Shown: positions 34,986 to 48,265, counted from the stretch's first letter. The stretch is DNA of 64,000 bases from Felis catus (GCF_018350175.1 NC_058383.1:22880001-22944000), one strand, 5' to 3'. The notes: generated from the letters alone by a model not told the origin. Translations and numbers: made by a program.

Positions 34986-35893
34986 TCAGATTAATTGTTC
35001 TTCTCTCCCCACCCCCCCATTCTCCCATGGAATCCTTTACCTCCCACCCCAGCACTTAGCATAGTGAATAGCAACAGCCTCTCACCTGTCTGTCTCTTCA
35101 CCTGACCACGAAGCTGTGGGAAGACAGGGATGGACCATGCCCGTCTCGTCTTAGGTGTAAGCCGGCATTCAGCTCAGCACCTGGCTTGTTGCAGCCACTA
35201 AATAAATATTTGTGGAATTGCTTTGTGGTTGTTGAGCTCTCTGTTCCTGAATGCATGTTTTGGTAAGTTGCCCAGGACTAGGATTCCTCCTGCCTCTTGC
35301 AGTCCTCTCCTGACACCCAGGACCTGCCTTCCAACCAGTCTGGTAGCTGGGGCTCCCAGATGACACAGCCCCCGAAGTTGGTCCGCCTCCCGGAATTCCC
35401 AATATTGCCACCGTTCCCAGGCTTGGGCCTCCGCCCACCTGTCAGGATCCCTGACACTGCCTGATTGACTCATGTCTGCTGTCTGCCTTCTGGATGTCAC
35501 ATTTCCTTCTGCTGGACTGGATTTCTTCTCAAGTCTTGTGACTTTTCTAGTTGTAAGCCGAGGCTCTGACAATAGGACAATCACCAAGACATGTTTTAGC
35601 AAAAAGAAATGGGGGCAGGAAACAGGGCATATGGTGTGCAATCACTTGTGAAAAATATAAAACAGATAAAGTATTTTGGAATTTGCATGAAACATCTTCA
35701 GAAGAACACATCAGAAAACCAGAAACAGTGCAGAGGTAGGGGGTGGGGAGTATTGTATAAGAATGAAGAAAACGGTAGAAGGTCACACTGCTGAGTTTTA
35801 TAGGTTACCAAGGAGGGATGTGAGGGGAGAACGAGAAAGGGTGGGAGCACCAAGAAAAGAAGAACAGAAAAGGCTGCGTTAAAAATGCACAAC

Positions 35894-36118
35894 GGGGGCA
35901 CCTGGGTGGCGCAGTCGGTTAAGCGTCCGACTTCAGCCAGGTCACGATCTCGCGGTCCGTGAGTTCGAGCCCCGCATCAGGCTCTGGGCTGATGGCTCGG
36001 AGCCTGGAGCGTGTTAACGATTCTGTGTCTCCCTCTCTCTCTGCCCCTCCCCCGTTCATGCTCTGTCTCTCTCTCTGCCCCCAAAATAAATAAAAAACGT
36101 TGAAAAAAAATTTAAAAA
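35894..36118 (+). mobile_element. Young feline SINEC_Fc
   Basis: TSD aaaaatgcacaacg. Confidence 0.97.
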
Positions 36119-36279
36119 AAATGCACAACGTGATTCCATTTTTGACTTAAGAAAAATTACGTCGTGAACATGGGTACACATCTAAGGGGAGAAAATTCAC
36201 ATGCAAGAAAACCTACCAAGCAAAACAAGGCCACAACAATCACAAAATATATACCATGGGTGGAAGATCAGGAAATTCA

Positions 36280-36535
36280 CGGTAGACCACAACAGTGTTA
36301 AAACTCGGGCTCCCGGAGACTGACCTGGATTATTATCCTGGCTCCACCCCTTTCCTACCACAAGACTCTGGACAAGTTCTTTAATCCCTCTGAACCTCAA
36401 CTTCTTCCTCTGTAAAATGTGGGTAATAACAGTGTCTTTCTCAAGGGCCGCTATGAGGTGTGAATATGGAATGAGGTCATGTCTGGAAAACACTTAACCC
36501 CATGACTGATGTGCCATGAGGGCTTAATAAATGGG
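36280..36535 (+). mobile_element. MIR SINE
   Basis: ctctgaacctcaacttcttcctctgtaaaatgtgggtaataac. Confidence 0.75.
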
Positions 36536-36811
36536 GGTCACAAACATTCCAGGGCCAGCATGCCATGATTCTCTGGCTGTTCCTTGGTTCTACCAGGCTT
36601 ACCGGCCTGGCCAAGAGTAGCGGCCCAGATGTGCCCCCCATGAAGACAGACTTGCCAGCCTCAACACCCCTTCCTGTGGTCTAAAATGCAGACTCTGGGG
36701 CAAGACTACTGCACCAATTGCTAGCCGGGGGAACTTGGCTCAGGTTTCCTTCTTTCTCATGGGTGCAGAATATTCCATTGCAAATATACCACATATTCTT
36801 GTCCTCCGATT

Positions 36812-37024
36812 CTTTTTTTTTTTTTAAGGATTTATTTATTTATTTTGAGAGAGAGAGAGCGAGCGAGCAGTGGAGGGGCAGAGAGAGAGAGAGACAGAGA
36901 ATCCCAAGCAGGCACTGTCAGCACAGAGCCCAACATGCGGCTTGAACTCATGAACCGTGAATTCATGTCTTGAGCCGAAATCAAGAGTCAGACGCCTAAC
37001 CAACTAAGCCACCCAGGTTCCCCA
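36812..37024 (-). mobile_element. Can-SINE
   Basis: TSD ttgtcctccgattct. Confidence 0.95.
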
Positions 37025-37479
37025 TTGTCCTCCGATTCTCAATGTCAACTTTATCGTATAATAAATTCCTAAATCTACTTGTGTCTGTTGCTGAGCCATC
37101 TGCTCGACTGCACTTTTTTTTTCTGTACTAATGCCACACTATTTAACTATTTAACTATTATTAACTACAATAATATTAGGTTTTTACTAAAGGGCAAAGC
37201 CCCTTTCACACCTTCTATTTTTCAGAGTATTCTAGTCCATGCTTGGCTTTTTGGTCTTCTGGATGAACTTTGACTTGGTGAAATCTGCATCCCTACTTCC
37301 AAAATAAGAATTCTTTTGGAGTTTTGTTTGGCCTGTCTTTGTACAGTGTGGATGCTTTGACAATTCTTGTGTTCCTATTCAGCAAGATGGGCAGTTTCTC
37401 CATAAAGCATTATCAATCTTCCTTAATAAAATTTTGTAGTTAAAAAAAAATTCCTGTATATTTTTGCTAGTAAGCCACA

Positions 37480-38370
37480 AAAAAAAAATCTGCGTGTGGA
37501 AGTTTGTGGGAAAAACTGATAGATTTGCCTACATAAAAATTAAAAATCTCCACATGGTAAAAAGTACTGCTATCACAATTAGGACCATTGAGGGAAATTG
37601 AGGGAATTACTTGCAACGTAAATGACAGAAGAGGGTTAATATCTTTTCATTCTTTAAAAAAAATTTTTTTAATGCTTATTTTTGAGAGACAGAGCACGAG
37701 TGGGAGAGGGACAGAGGGAGAGGGAGACAACAGAATCCAAAGCAGGCTTCAGGCTCTGAGCTGTCAGCACAGAGCCCGACACGGGGCTCAAACCCGCATG
37801 AACCGTGAGATCATGACCTGAGCTGAAGTCAGACGTTTAACCGACTGAGCCACCCACGCGCCCCTCATTATTCTTTCTAAGAGCTCTTATAAATAGGAAA
37901 AGAGGTATATTCTGATAGAAAAATGGGGAAGGTATGTGAACAGATAACTGGCAAAGGAATAAATGCAACTAGCCAATAAACATATGAAAAAAATCTACCT
38001 CAAATGCTGTCAATTAGAGCATCAAAGAGACATTTTTCATCTAGCATAGATTTTAAAGAGTAATGCTACTCAAATACTATTGTCAAGTATTTGAGAAAAA
38101 ATACACACGTAAAACAGTGGGGTTGTTCATCCTTCTGGGTGGCAATTTGGCAAGATGGACAGAAAGCCTTAAACATATTCATGTTCTAATAAAGAAAATG
38201 ATGGATGTGTCCAAACAATATTTATTTATAATAGAAATACATTGGAAACAACCTATTTGTCAAATAGCAGGGAATTATTTAAATGGGACCTGGTACATTC
38301 TGAATTGCAATGCCACCATTAAAAATTATGGGGTGGCAGTATTTGACCTGGAAAAATATTAATCATGTGT
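37480..38370 (+). mobile_element. Old L1ME fragment with a Can-SINE (37652-37864, minus)
   Basis: gatagatttgcctacataaaaattaaaa...gccaataaacatatgaaaa...ttggaaacaacct. Confidence 0.7.
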
Positions 38371-38377
38371 CATTAAA

Positions 38378-38750
38378 TCAGTGGCTCTCAGCGGCACCTG
38401 GGTGGCTCAGTTGGTTAAGAGGCCAACTTCAGCCCAGGTCATGATCTCGTGGTTCATGGGTTCGAGCCCCACGTGAGGCTCTGTACTGACAGCTCAGAGC
38501 CTGGAGCCTGCTTCAGATTCTGTGTCTCCCTCTCTCTCTGCTCCTCCCCCAACTCATGCTCTGTCTCTCTCTCTCTCTCTCAAAAATAAGTAAATGTTAA
38601 AAAAATTAAATCAGTGGATCTCAAGCCTGGTAGTATATTAGAGTCACCTGAGAAACTTAAAAAAAAAAAAAAAAGTCAATGCCCAGGACCCATAGCCAGA
38701 GATACTAATTCCACTGGTCTGAGCTAAGACACAGGTACCAGTATTTTTTT
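38378..38750. mobile_element. MER5-type fragment interrupted by a Can-SINE (38392-38604, plus)
   Basis: TSD attaaatcagtgg(c/a)tctca. Confidence 0.8.
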
Positions 38751-39560
38751 TTTATTAAATTAAAATTTTAACTTGGAGGTTATTGTAGATTCACGTGTAG
38801 CTGTAATAAATAATACAGAGAAACCCCAGTTTCCCCAATAGTGATACTTTGCAATACTGTATTATAGTATCTCACCTAGGATATTGATATTGATGCCATC
38901 AAGATAAAGAATTGTTTCCATCACGACAAGGATCTCTTGCATTACCCTTAGAGATGTTATTTCCTTTCCTTGCCTTATGGCACTGTCTAGAATTTACTAT
39001 GTTGAATAAGATTGGTGATTCTGACATCTTTGCCTTGTTCCTGATCTCCGGAGGAAAGCATTCAGCCTTTCACCATTAAGTTCAATGATAGCTGTAGGTT
39101 TTTGTAGATGTCTTTTATCAAGTTAAGAAATGTCCCCTGTGTTCCTAGTTTCCTGAGATTTTTTTTTTTATCATGAATGGGTATTGAATTTTGCAAATGT
39201 TTTTTCTGCATCAGTTGGCATAGTCACATGATTTTCCTTCTTTAGCCTGTTTATATGGTGGATTTCACTGATTTTTGAATACTGAACCAGTATTGCATTC
39301 CTGGAACACACTCCGTTTGTTCATAGTGTATACCTCTTTTTTATATATTGTTGACTTCTTTTTGCTACTATTTTGTTAAGGATTTTTGCACCTATGTTCA
39401 TGAGGGATATGAGTCTGAAGTTTTCTATCATTGTGCTGTCTGTCTCTGGTTTTTGGTATCAGGGTAGTACCAGCTTCATCAAATAAATTGAAAGCACTCC
39501 CTCCTCTTTTACTTTTTGGATGAGATTATATAGCATTGGTGTTAACTCTCCTTTAAATGC
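38750..39560 (-). mobile_element. L1M fragments (3' end and ORF2 RT region)
   Basis: catctttgccttgttcctgatctc...tttcaccattaag...gatttttgcacctatgttcatgagggatat. Confidence 0.85.
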
Positions 39561-39750
39561 TCAAGCTCCGCCCACTTTTTTCAGTCTGTTTTCTTTCTCT
39601 TGCTCAGATTGGGTAATTTCTCTTTTTAATTTATCTGAAATATCACCTGTATAACAGCAAAAACTTTTGGAAAAATTAACCCCTCATTTAGTGCTGGTAT
39701 GTGAAATCGCTTCCTTCTGCCTCCTGAAGTCTTTCTTGTATTTTTACTTC

Positions 39751-39808
39751 TTTTTTTTTTTTAAAGTTTATTTATTTATTTTGAGAGAGAGAGAACAAGT
39801 TGGGGAAG

Positions 39809-39852
<44 letters not shown>

Positions 39853-39937
39853 CCCAAGCAGGCTCCCAATGTGAGCACAGAGAGAGCCTAACTCAGGGCT
39901 TGATCTCACAAACCTCATGACCTGAGCCGAAATCAAG
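39751..39937 (-). mobile_element. Can-SINE (head missing) with (GA)n
   Basis: Direct reading. Confidence 0.9.
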
Positions 39938-40157
39938 GTGCCCTTCCTATGTTTTTACTTCTGATTCCATTCTTCCATCCAGATCATAAACACCCCCCAC
40001 AGGACAACCATGGAAAGGGAGTTACATGGATTAGACCTTTACTGTCCTGGAAATTCATTCATTCATTAAACACAGCTTTGAGTCCGGCATGCCATAGTTT
40101 TTTGCATGCCTACAATGGGCCAGGAATCAATGAAGAGTAACCCCCAGTACAGCTTTG

Positions 40158-40650
40158 TATTGTTTATATTTTTTGTTTTCTGCATATTATGATGTTTTGA
40201 TATCTTAAAAGCCTTTCTGGCTGGGGAGAAACTGCCCTTCCTGGAGCTAGACGATTCCTAGAGATAGCAAAGGTCTCAGCCCAAAGCATGCCTTTGAGAT
40301 GCAAACTAAAAAATCCAAAGCCACATACACTCTTTCTGGCCTATATATCCCAGGAAGCAATATTCCTCAACCTTAAGTACCCCAGGGCCAGATACCAGGC
40401 AACTGGGGACTACGCCTATAGCTAAGAGCCCACTGAAATTATTCAAAGTAGTATTCAATCCTGACCAAGCTTCCCTTTGCTCCTAATTTCTGTCTCCTAA
40501 CCAGAGGAGACAGTAACCACTAACAACTGGTTTCTCCAGTTGACCCTGTGTGGCATGGCATGCTTGCTCTTTCTAGGACTTGTGGTAGAGTAAAATCTGT
40601 TTTCCCGAGCCTCTCCTGTGTTCCCTCCTGTGACCACGCTGGACTGACCA
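40158..40650 (+). mobile_element. MER74-like ERVL LTR
   Basis: gatgttttgatatcttaaaa...ggctggggagaaactgccc...ttcctagagatagcaaagg. Confidence 0.65.
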
Positions 40651-40909
40651 TCATATAAGAGCTTCCTCCACAGGAATGCACACTCTAGTGCATGAGACAG
40701 ACATTGATACGATAGAAATATGCCTGTAAAATGTGAAATGATAGCCACGGTGTCAGAGCAGTTCAACAGGGAGATCTGATCTAGGCCTAGGTAGGTCAGA
40801 GAAGGTCTCCTTGGGGAAATGATACATGGGGGAGATCTGAGAGGATGATCAGTAGAAATTAACGAGAGAGAACAGCATGTATAGAGGCATCACAACAGGA
40901 CCCGGTGCA

Positions 40910-41132
40910 TAGGGTGACCAGCCATCTCACTTGTGTGAGGTTGAGTGGGTTGGGGTGGGTTCTGGGCACCAGATTTTCAGTTTGAAAACTGGGACAGTTC
41001 TGGGCAAAGCATTCTAAGTCCCCAGGGATGGGGGGTGAGGGGTAAGGGAGGAAAGGTAGTTTCTGGGACACGGGACCCTCATTAGTGATACTGGGAAATC
41101 TGTGGGCAAACTGGGATGAGGTGGTCACCCTA
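40910..41132. mobile_element. MER94/MER81-like hAT-Blackjack MITE
   Basis: 11-bp terminal inverted repeats tagggtgacca / tggtcacccta. Confidence 0.8.
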
Positions 41133-41159
41133 CATGGCACCTTCAGGAAACTGAGGAAG

Positions 41160-41346
41160 GTTCTTAGAGTGATTGCTCTCAGAAGCAGACCCTGAGAAGA
41201 GGATTCCGGTGCAGGTAGTTTATTTGGGAGGTGGAAGAGTAGGGGAATGGGGAAATGAGACGGGAGGGAAGGCAGCCAGTAAAGGGTACACTCTTGTATC
41301 AATATTCTCCAGAGAAATGCAACCCATAGGCGATATATGGATACAT

Positions 41347-41377
<31 letters not shown>

Positions 41378-41890
41378 GAGGAGATGGATAAAGAGGTGGG
41401 TATAGATGTACACAAAGATATTCATGTTAAGGAATTAATTCAACACAAATATGGGGCTAGCAAGTCCTAACTCTGTAGGGTAAGCTGGCAGGCTGCAGAC
41501 TCAGGCAGGAATTCCTACAGTCTTGAGACAGAATTTCTTCTTTGGGGAACCCCACTTTTGCTTTTTAGACCTTCAACTGATGAAAGCCCATCCATATCAT
41601 TGGGAACAACCTCCCTTACTTAAAGTCAACTGATTGTAGATGTTAATCACATTTACCAAATACCTTCATAGCCACACTTTGATTAGTATTTGATTCAGTA
41701 ACTAGGTACTACCTCACAGGAAATTAACCATCACAACTCTCAAGCCAGTGACCATGGCAGGCAATGGGTTTAATTCTGCTGGCACACACTGGGGGCACAC
41801 ACCTCAGGATGATCCACCCAGGTGAGGACCTTGGGCATTTACACCTCAGCTCTCATCAGCCATTGTCTGAGGGCTGCTGGGGGTGGGAGA
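41160..41890 (-). mobile_element. LTR16/LTR33-like ERVL LTR (host of the MLT2)
   Basis: cagaagcagaccctgagaagaggattccggtgcaggtagtttatttgggagg. Confidence 0.6.
41295..41735 (-). mobile_element. MLT2 solo LTR with internal (GATA)n
   Basis: TG...CA ends (tgtatc...aattaaccatcaca); perfect 5-bp TSD actct (41290-41294, 41736-41740). Confidence 0.9.
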
Positions 41891-42122
41891 CAGGTAGGCA
41901 AGCAGTTTGAGAGACCAGAGGAGACACTCAGGCAAAAAAGAGCAAGCCTGTGGTTGAAAGTCAGCAGACACACACTAGAGTGGGGAGGATGAGAGGAAGG
42001 ATAGAGCATGTGCCCCAGGATGGCCTCCGTGAGTGGAGCACACAGCACAAAGGAGAAAGAAACTCAACCATAAAGAGTCTTGCAGGCCATATGAGAACTG
42101 AAGTCTTAGGTTAAGAACCACT

Positions 42123-42355
42123 GGGGGCACCTGAGTGGCTTGGTTGGTTGAGTGTCCAACTCTTGATTTCAGCTCAGTTCATAATTTCATGATTCATGAG
42201 GTCGAGCCCTGCATCAGGCTCTATGCTGAGAGTATAGAACCTGATTGGTATTCTCTCTTTCTCCCTCCATCTCTACACCTCCCCCGCTTGTGCACGCATG
42301 TGTGCTCACTCTCTAAATAAATAAATAAGTAAATATTTAAAAAATAAATAAACAT
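42123..42355 (+). mobile_element. Can-SINE
   Basis: SINEC head and tail. Confidence 0.9.
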
Positions 42356-42817
42356 TTAGAACAAAGAACAGTGGAAAGGCATTATATTGGGAGAGGTGGA
42401 GGCCCATGAGCAGCTTTGTGCTTTCAAAAGATCTTTAGGCTCCAGTGAAAACAATGGGAGTTGGAAAGGGGCAAAGAGGATGCTGAGCCACTGGCTGGGA
42501 GGATCTTGCCGGAGTCCCGGTTGGATGGTGGCATCTGGGGGTAGGTGGTAACAGGGACAATGGAGAGAAGACGGATGGTGGGGCCATTTAGGCAACTAAA
42601 GCAACAGGTCTTGGTTACGGATCTGGGTTATTGGCAGTAGGGTAAAGGAGTGTATCAAAGCCAACCTTGCTCTAGTTTTTGTTTTTGTTTTTTTAATTTA
42701 AAAACTTTTATTTGTTTCTTTACTCATTTTGATAGCTGGGGCTCCAGTATGGACCAAACAGCCCAGAAGTTGCCTGCAACCAGTTTGGTTATGAAAATGA
42801 CCTTAAGCTGACCTTAC

Positions 42818-42873
42818 CTGCTGCTTGAGCTGTTTCCACATCCTAAGATGCTTATTGCACAACCAGAAACCTC
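42818..42873 (-). other. Candidate 56-nt exon
   Basis: CTGTATTTTCAACAG|G acceptor and CAG|GTAAGG donor in non-repeat sequence. Confidence 0.35.
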
Positions 42874-43219
42874 CTGTTGAAAATACAGCTGGAAGCCAGC
42901 GTAAATGGAGGGTAACGTGGCAAACATTCCTCTGGTCCCTCAGCGTGAGGGCACATCCCGTAATGAGACCAGCAGTGGCTTGAGGATGAGAAATCAGACA
43001 CCCAGATCCTGCCACCTTGAAACAGGTACCCTTAACCCTCTCACCTTCATTGTCCCAAACATTGGATGTTCCTTGAAAACCACCTGTTTTCTGTGTCCTA
43101 TTTTGTTTTGTCCACTGTGCAGAACAAAGGATGGATTTACCCACTCTCTGGGGGGGAGGGGATGAGATGGGAAGAGCAATGTCACATGGGGACTTTCCCA
43201 GGTGTCCTTGGTTTGGTTT

Positions 43220-43433
43220 TGCTTTTTAATGTTTGCTTATTTTTGAGAGAGTGACCGTGCAGGTGGGGAGGGGCAGAGAGAGAGAGGCGGACAGAGAATC
43301 CGAAGCAGGCTCTGTGCCAACAGCTTTGGTGCTGATGGCAGTGAACCCGATGCCAGGCTCGGACTCATGAACTGCGAGATCATGACCTGAGCTGAAGTCA
43401 GGTGCTCAACCGACTGAGGCACCCAGGTGTCCC
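43220..43433 (-). mobile_element. Can-SINE
   Basis: TSD tgtccttggttt. Confidence 0.93.
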
Positions 43434-43817
43434 CAGTTGTCCTTGGTTTTAAGATGGCAGGCATAATGAGAAAGCACCAGATGGTGGTGACGTAGTTGCA
43501 GGAAACTGGACACCCCCCCCCCCCGTGTCTTGTGCCACAAAAATCTTGCTCTGCATGGGACCTTGGCCTGGCTGGCAAACAAGAGGATAGGAACAGAGAG
43601 TCTTATGAGCAGACCATACAAATGACTAGAAAACCAAACTGGTCTTTAATTTCCATTGGCATCTGATCTGAGGGCTGTGTTGTTTCTTATATCACCTCCA
43701 ACCAAGGGGCTCAAGCTGGAAATGTAAGGATGTGTGTGTAGAAGTCCCCTTATGATTCACACCTCCCAGTATTCATGTCTTTGGGTAGTCCTCTCCCATG
43801 TTGTACTATGATCGGTC

Positions 43818-44242
43818 TGTAGACAGAATATGGCTTTCAAAGAGTTCATGTCTTAATCCCTGGGACCTGTGATTATGTTATGTTATGTGGCAAGGGGGAA
43901 TTAAGGTTGAGGATGGAATTAAGATTGCCAGTCAGATGAGGGAAACTGAAGAGTCAGAACCAGGGAGATCGCTTTATTAGAAAGATTCTACTGGACATGG
44001 CTGGCTTTGAACATGGAAGAAGGCATGAACCAAGAGATTCAGGCAGCCTCTAGAAGCTGGAAAGACAAGGAAATGGATTCTCCTCTCCACCTCCAGAATG
44101 AACACAGCCCTGCCCACACCTTGGCGTTAGCTTGGTGAAACCTATGTCAGACTTCTGACATCCAGAACTGTAAAATGATAAATCTGTGTTGTTTTAAGCC
44201 ACCAAATTTGTGGTAATTTGTTACAGGAACAACACATAACTT
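43818..44242 (+). mobile_element. MLT1C/D-type MaLR LTR
   Basis: ggcagcctctagaagctggaaa...ttctgacatccagaactgtaaaatgataaatctgtgttgttttaagccacc. Confidence 0.9.
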
Positions 44243-45706
44243 AGGAAAAGGAATACTAATACACGATGCATTCAATAAATATTTGTGAAATTGAATGAAC
44301 AAAAAGTCTCCACTAAATCCCCTGCTTTGTTTCACCTTAGGGTGAGTCAGAACCCCTTTAAGACCCTCATGACCCTCAGCCCACCATTCCAAACTCATTG
44401 GCTCCCCCACTCCTGCAAGAATCCATTTGGATGCCTTGCTTCACCCCAGCTTGGCCATACCATTCTTGCACTTGTGTGCATTTAAATTTTCATATGCTGT
44501 TCCCTCTTCTGGGATCCTCACTCCCCGCCCCCCCCCCCACTTGGGAATACCTCCTCACTCTTCAAGATTCAGTTCAAATGTCACCTCCAGATGACCTTCC
44601 CTAGCTACTCAGGTCAGAATTAGCACCCACCATAACTTTCTGTATTATCTGTGTCCTGACATTCATTATCTTGTGCTGCATTAAGCATCCTACCCATCTG
44701 ACTCCAACCACCTCATAGAGGAGACCTCCACAGGTGGGTTCTGTATCCTAGTCACCCTTGCATGTACTTGGGATAAGGAATCTAGCGACAGAACCACACT
44801 CTCAAAGACTACAAACTAGCTGAAGCATCCCGATAATTTCCTTCTTTGAACACTCTTCCAGAGATTCGATTCATCTCTGAGTCACCTCTTAAAAAAATTA
44901 AAAAAAGACAAATGTAAGCAATGTTTTCTTGATTACAATAGTAATACCTGATCATTGACTAGTGCTTAGGAATCACAGAAATCTACCCAGAGGAAGATAA
45001 ATTCCCACTCAGACCACCGCCATCATCCGTAAACCCATCACCCATCAAAATGCATAGCTAACATTTCTGTAGTTCTTAATGTGCTGCCGGACATCAGGCT
45101 GAACACTCTGCTGGGGAGGTTCCGTCATCATCCCCATGTACAGATGGAGAAACTGAGGCTGGGGACATTCAGAGGGAGAGTCCCAGTATATGCGCTTTAC
45201 TCCTTAAGGGTCCACACCTGGTTTCATTAACAGGCAGCAAGGGAGTCTCTCTTTGTCATCCATGTGCTACGTGTGGGGGGTTTTCATCCCTAATCAGCAT
45301 GAGCTCCTATCTCTCAAATTAGAAGCTTGAAAAGCAAAGATAAAGACTTGAAAGGAAGATTTATGCCACAGGAAGCAAGCTCAGAGGACTTTAGGGACCA
45401 GGCACATTCCTTAATTGGGGAATCTGGGACAAGTAGTTTTTTCCCAGTTTACAGCTGAGCTTTTAATAATGTTATATTGTTGGTGGTATTTTAACCATAT
45501 GCAAGTTTGAATTTTTATGTCACCAAATCCATGGCTTTTTTGTCCCTTCTTTTATGTTTTCTGGGTTTCCTTTCTGGGCTTTGCAAGCTCTTCTTCGCTC
45601 CCGGATTACAAGACTGCCTTCTTCCAGTGTCCTTGGGGTGTTCCATGTTTTGTTTTTCTTACGTACAAATTTTAAAGCTAACCAATCTTCTAAAATATTT
45701 GAGGTG

Positions 45707-45955
45707 AGGGATTCCTGGGTGGCTCAGTTAGGCGAGCATCTGACTCTTGATTTCGGCTCAGGTCATAATCCCAGGATTGTGGGTTTGAGCCCCGCATCAG
45801 GCTCTGAACTGAGAGTGGAGTCTGCTTGAGATTCTCTCTTTCTCGCTCTGCCCCTCTACTGCTTGTGCTCTCTCACTCATGTGTGCTCTCTCTCTCTCAA
45901 ATAAAAACAAAATAAAATAAAGTAAAATAAAATAAAATGTAAAATAAAATAAAAT
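45707..45955 (+). mobile_element. Can-SINE with (TAAAA)n tail
   Basis: TSD aaaatatttgaggtgag. Confidence 0.95.
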
Positions 45956-46042
45956 ATTTGAGGTGAGATCTTATTTTTCCTAAACAAAAAGTCAATGTCT
46001 CGTGCTTTTGTTAGCATGTCACCATCGATCTGAAAAGCCATG

Positions 46043-46745
46043 TTTTTATTCTTTTTATTTTTCTTTTTAAAAAAAACTGTTCATTTATTGGGGCGCCTGG
46101 GTGGCTCAGCTGGTTAAGCGTCCGACTCCAGCTCAGGTCATGATCTCACGGTCTGTGAGTTCAAGCCCCGCGTGAGGCTCTGTGCTGACAGCTCAGAATC
46201 TGGAGCCTGCTTCTGATTCGGTGTCTCCCACTCTCTCTGCCCCTCCTCCACTTGTGCTGTGTCTCTCTCACTCTCAAAAATGAATGAATGTTTAAAAAAT
46301 AAAATATTTTTTTAAAATGTTCATTTATTTATTTTGAGAGAAAGAGAGAGTGTAAGCAGGGGAGAAGCAGAGAGAGAGAATCCCAACCAGGTTCTGTGCA
46401 CTGTCAGTGTAGAGCCCCATGTGGGGCTCAATCCCATGAACCGTGAGGTCATGACCTGAGCCAAAATCAAAAGTCAGACGCTTAGGGGCCTCTGGGTGGC
46501 TCAGTCGGTTAAGCGGCTGACTTTGGCTCAGGTCATGATCTCGCGGTCCGTGAGTTCGAGCCCCGCGTCGGGCTCTGTGCTGACAACTCAGAGCCTGGAG
46601 CCTGTTTCAGATTCTGTGTCTCCCTCTCTCTGACCCTCCCCCGTTCATGCTCTGTCTCTCTCTGTCTCAAAAATAAATAAACATTGAAAAAAAAAATTAA
46701 AAAAAAAAAGTCAGACGCTTAACTGACTAAGCCACCCAGGCACCC
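46043..46745. mobile_element. Nested SINE triplet: minus-strand host with two plus-strand inserts (46090-46317, 46485-46705)
   Basis: Host TSD ctgaaaagccatg; insert TSDs tgttcatttatt and aaaagtcagacgctta. Confidence 0.93.
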
Positions 46746-47127
46746 CTGAAAAGCCATGCTTTTAAAGAAAAAAAGTTTATGATGGAAGATCTCAAATTTT
46801 AAAAAGGTAGTATAATGGTAGAATGATCCCCCAAATACCTATCTCCTGACTTCAACACTTCTCACTCTAAGACTAATTTTTTAAAAAATTGGGGCAAAAT
46901 ACATTTAACACAACATCTGTCATCTTAATCATTCTGAAGTGTACTGTTCAGTCATATTAAGTGTCTTCACATTGTGCAAACCATCTCCTAGAAACTAGGG
47001 CTTGTTTTATACTTTAACAGCCTTATAGATTTGGACTGGTTCTGGGTTGACTCATCTCTTTGTTTAGAACTGCACTACCCACTGTACTGCTTTGCTTATT
47101 TTATTGTAAAAATTATCACATAAGTAC

Positions 47128-47338
47128 GGGTGCCTGGGTGGCTCAGTGGGTTAAGCATCCGACTTCGACTCAGGTCATGATCTCACAGTTCATGGGTTCA
47201 AGTCCCGCATTGGGCTCTGAGCTGGTATCTCAGAGCTTGGAGCCTGCTTCAGATTCTATGTCTCCCTCTCTGCCCCTCCCCAACTCATGCTCGATCTCTC
47301 CCTCTCAAAAATAAATAAACATTAAAAAAATTTTTTTA
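47128..47338 (+). mobile_element. Can-SINE
   Basis: TSD aattatca(c/t)ataagta. Confidence 0.95.
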
Positions 47339-47435
47339 ATTATCATATAAGTAAAATTTCCCTTTTTGGGTGTACAGTTCTATGAATTTTAACATATATA
47401 TGTGTGTGTCTATATGTGTCTGTATATATATGTGC

Positions 47436-47436
<1 letters not shown>

Positions 47437-47466
<30 letters not shown>
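47437..47466. repeat. (GATA)n microsatellite in an old L1 fragment
   Basis: Direct reading. Confidence 0.95.
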
Positions 47467-47467
<1 letters not shown>

Positions 47468-48204
47468 TCGTGTGACCATCACCACAAACGAAAACACTTT
47501 CTTCACCCTGGAAAACTCTCTTGGACCACCCCTCTATAGTCTTTCCCTCCCACTCACTAAGTGTCCACCAATGCATTCTTCATCAACATAGTTTAGTCTT
47601 TTGCAGAATGTCGTATACAGGGAATCATACAGTTAGTAATATCTGGAGATTGGCTTTAATCACTCAGCATACTGACTTTGAGATCGATTTAAGTTGTCAT
47701 GGTTTTCAGCAGTGCGTCCCCCACTGTCGCTGAGGGTGTCCCATTGGATGGCTGTCCCTCACTGAGCTGCTGTACCACAGTTTTAAGTGGATTTTGATGT
47801 CTGATCTGGTGTCTGCTTGGCAAGTTGCCTGTCCATCAACATTGCTCCCATTATATTGTTTCTTCAGTGTCTTGACTATTCTAGATACTAATTCCTAGGT
47901 CTTCTGTGGTTTCTGTTGCTATTGTGAGTGACTCCTTCAGCCATTCCATTATCCAGACTAGAAAACTCAGAGATGTTCTAGGAACAAACTTAAAAACAGT
48001 GCAAGACCCTTTTGAAGAAAACTAGAAAACTACACAGACAGAGCTGGAGAAAGACTTTAATGCATGATAAGACACGTTTCTGGATGTGAAGACTCAGCTA
48101 TGGAAAAGATATCCATTCTTTCCAAATTAATTGAGGTATTTTGTAGCTCTAATAGATTTCCACCTTTTTCATCACTGTTTTCAAATTAATGGCATAAAAT
48201 AAGT

Positions 48205-48265
48205 GATTTTTTTATTTTTAATTTTTTTTCCGAGAGGGCACAAGTGAGCAAGGGGCAGAGAAAAA

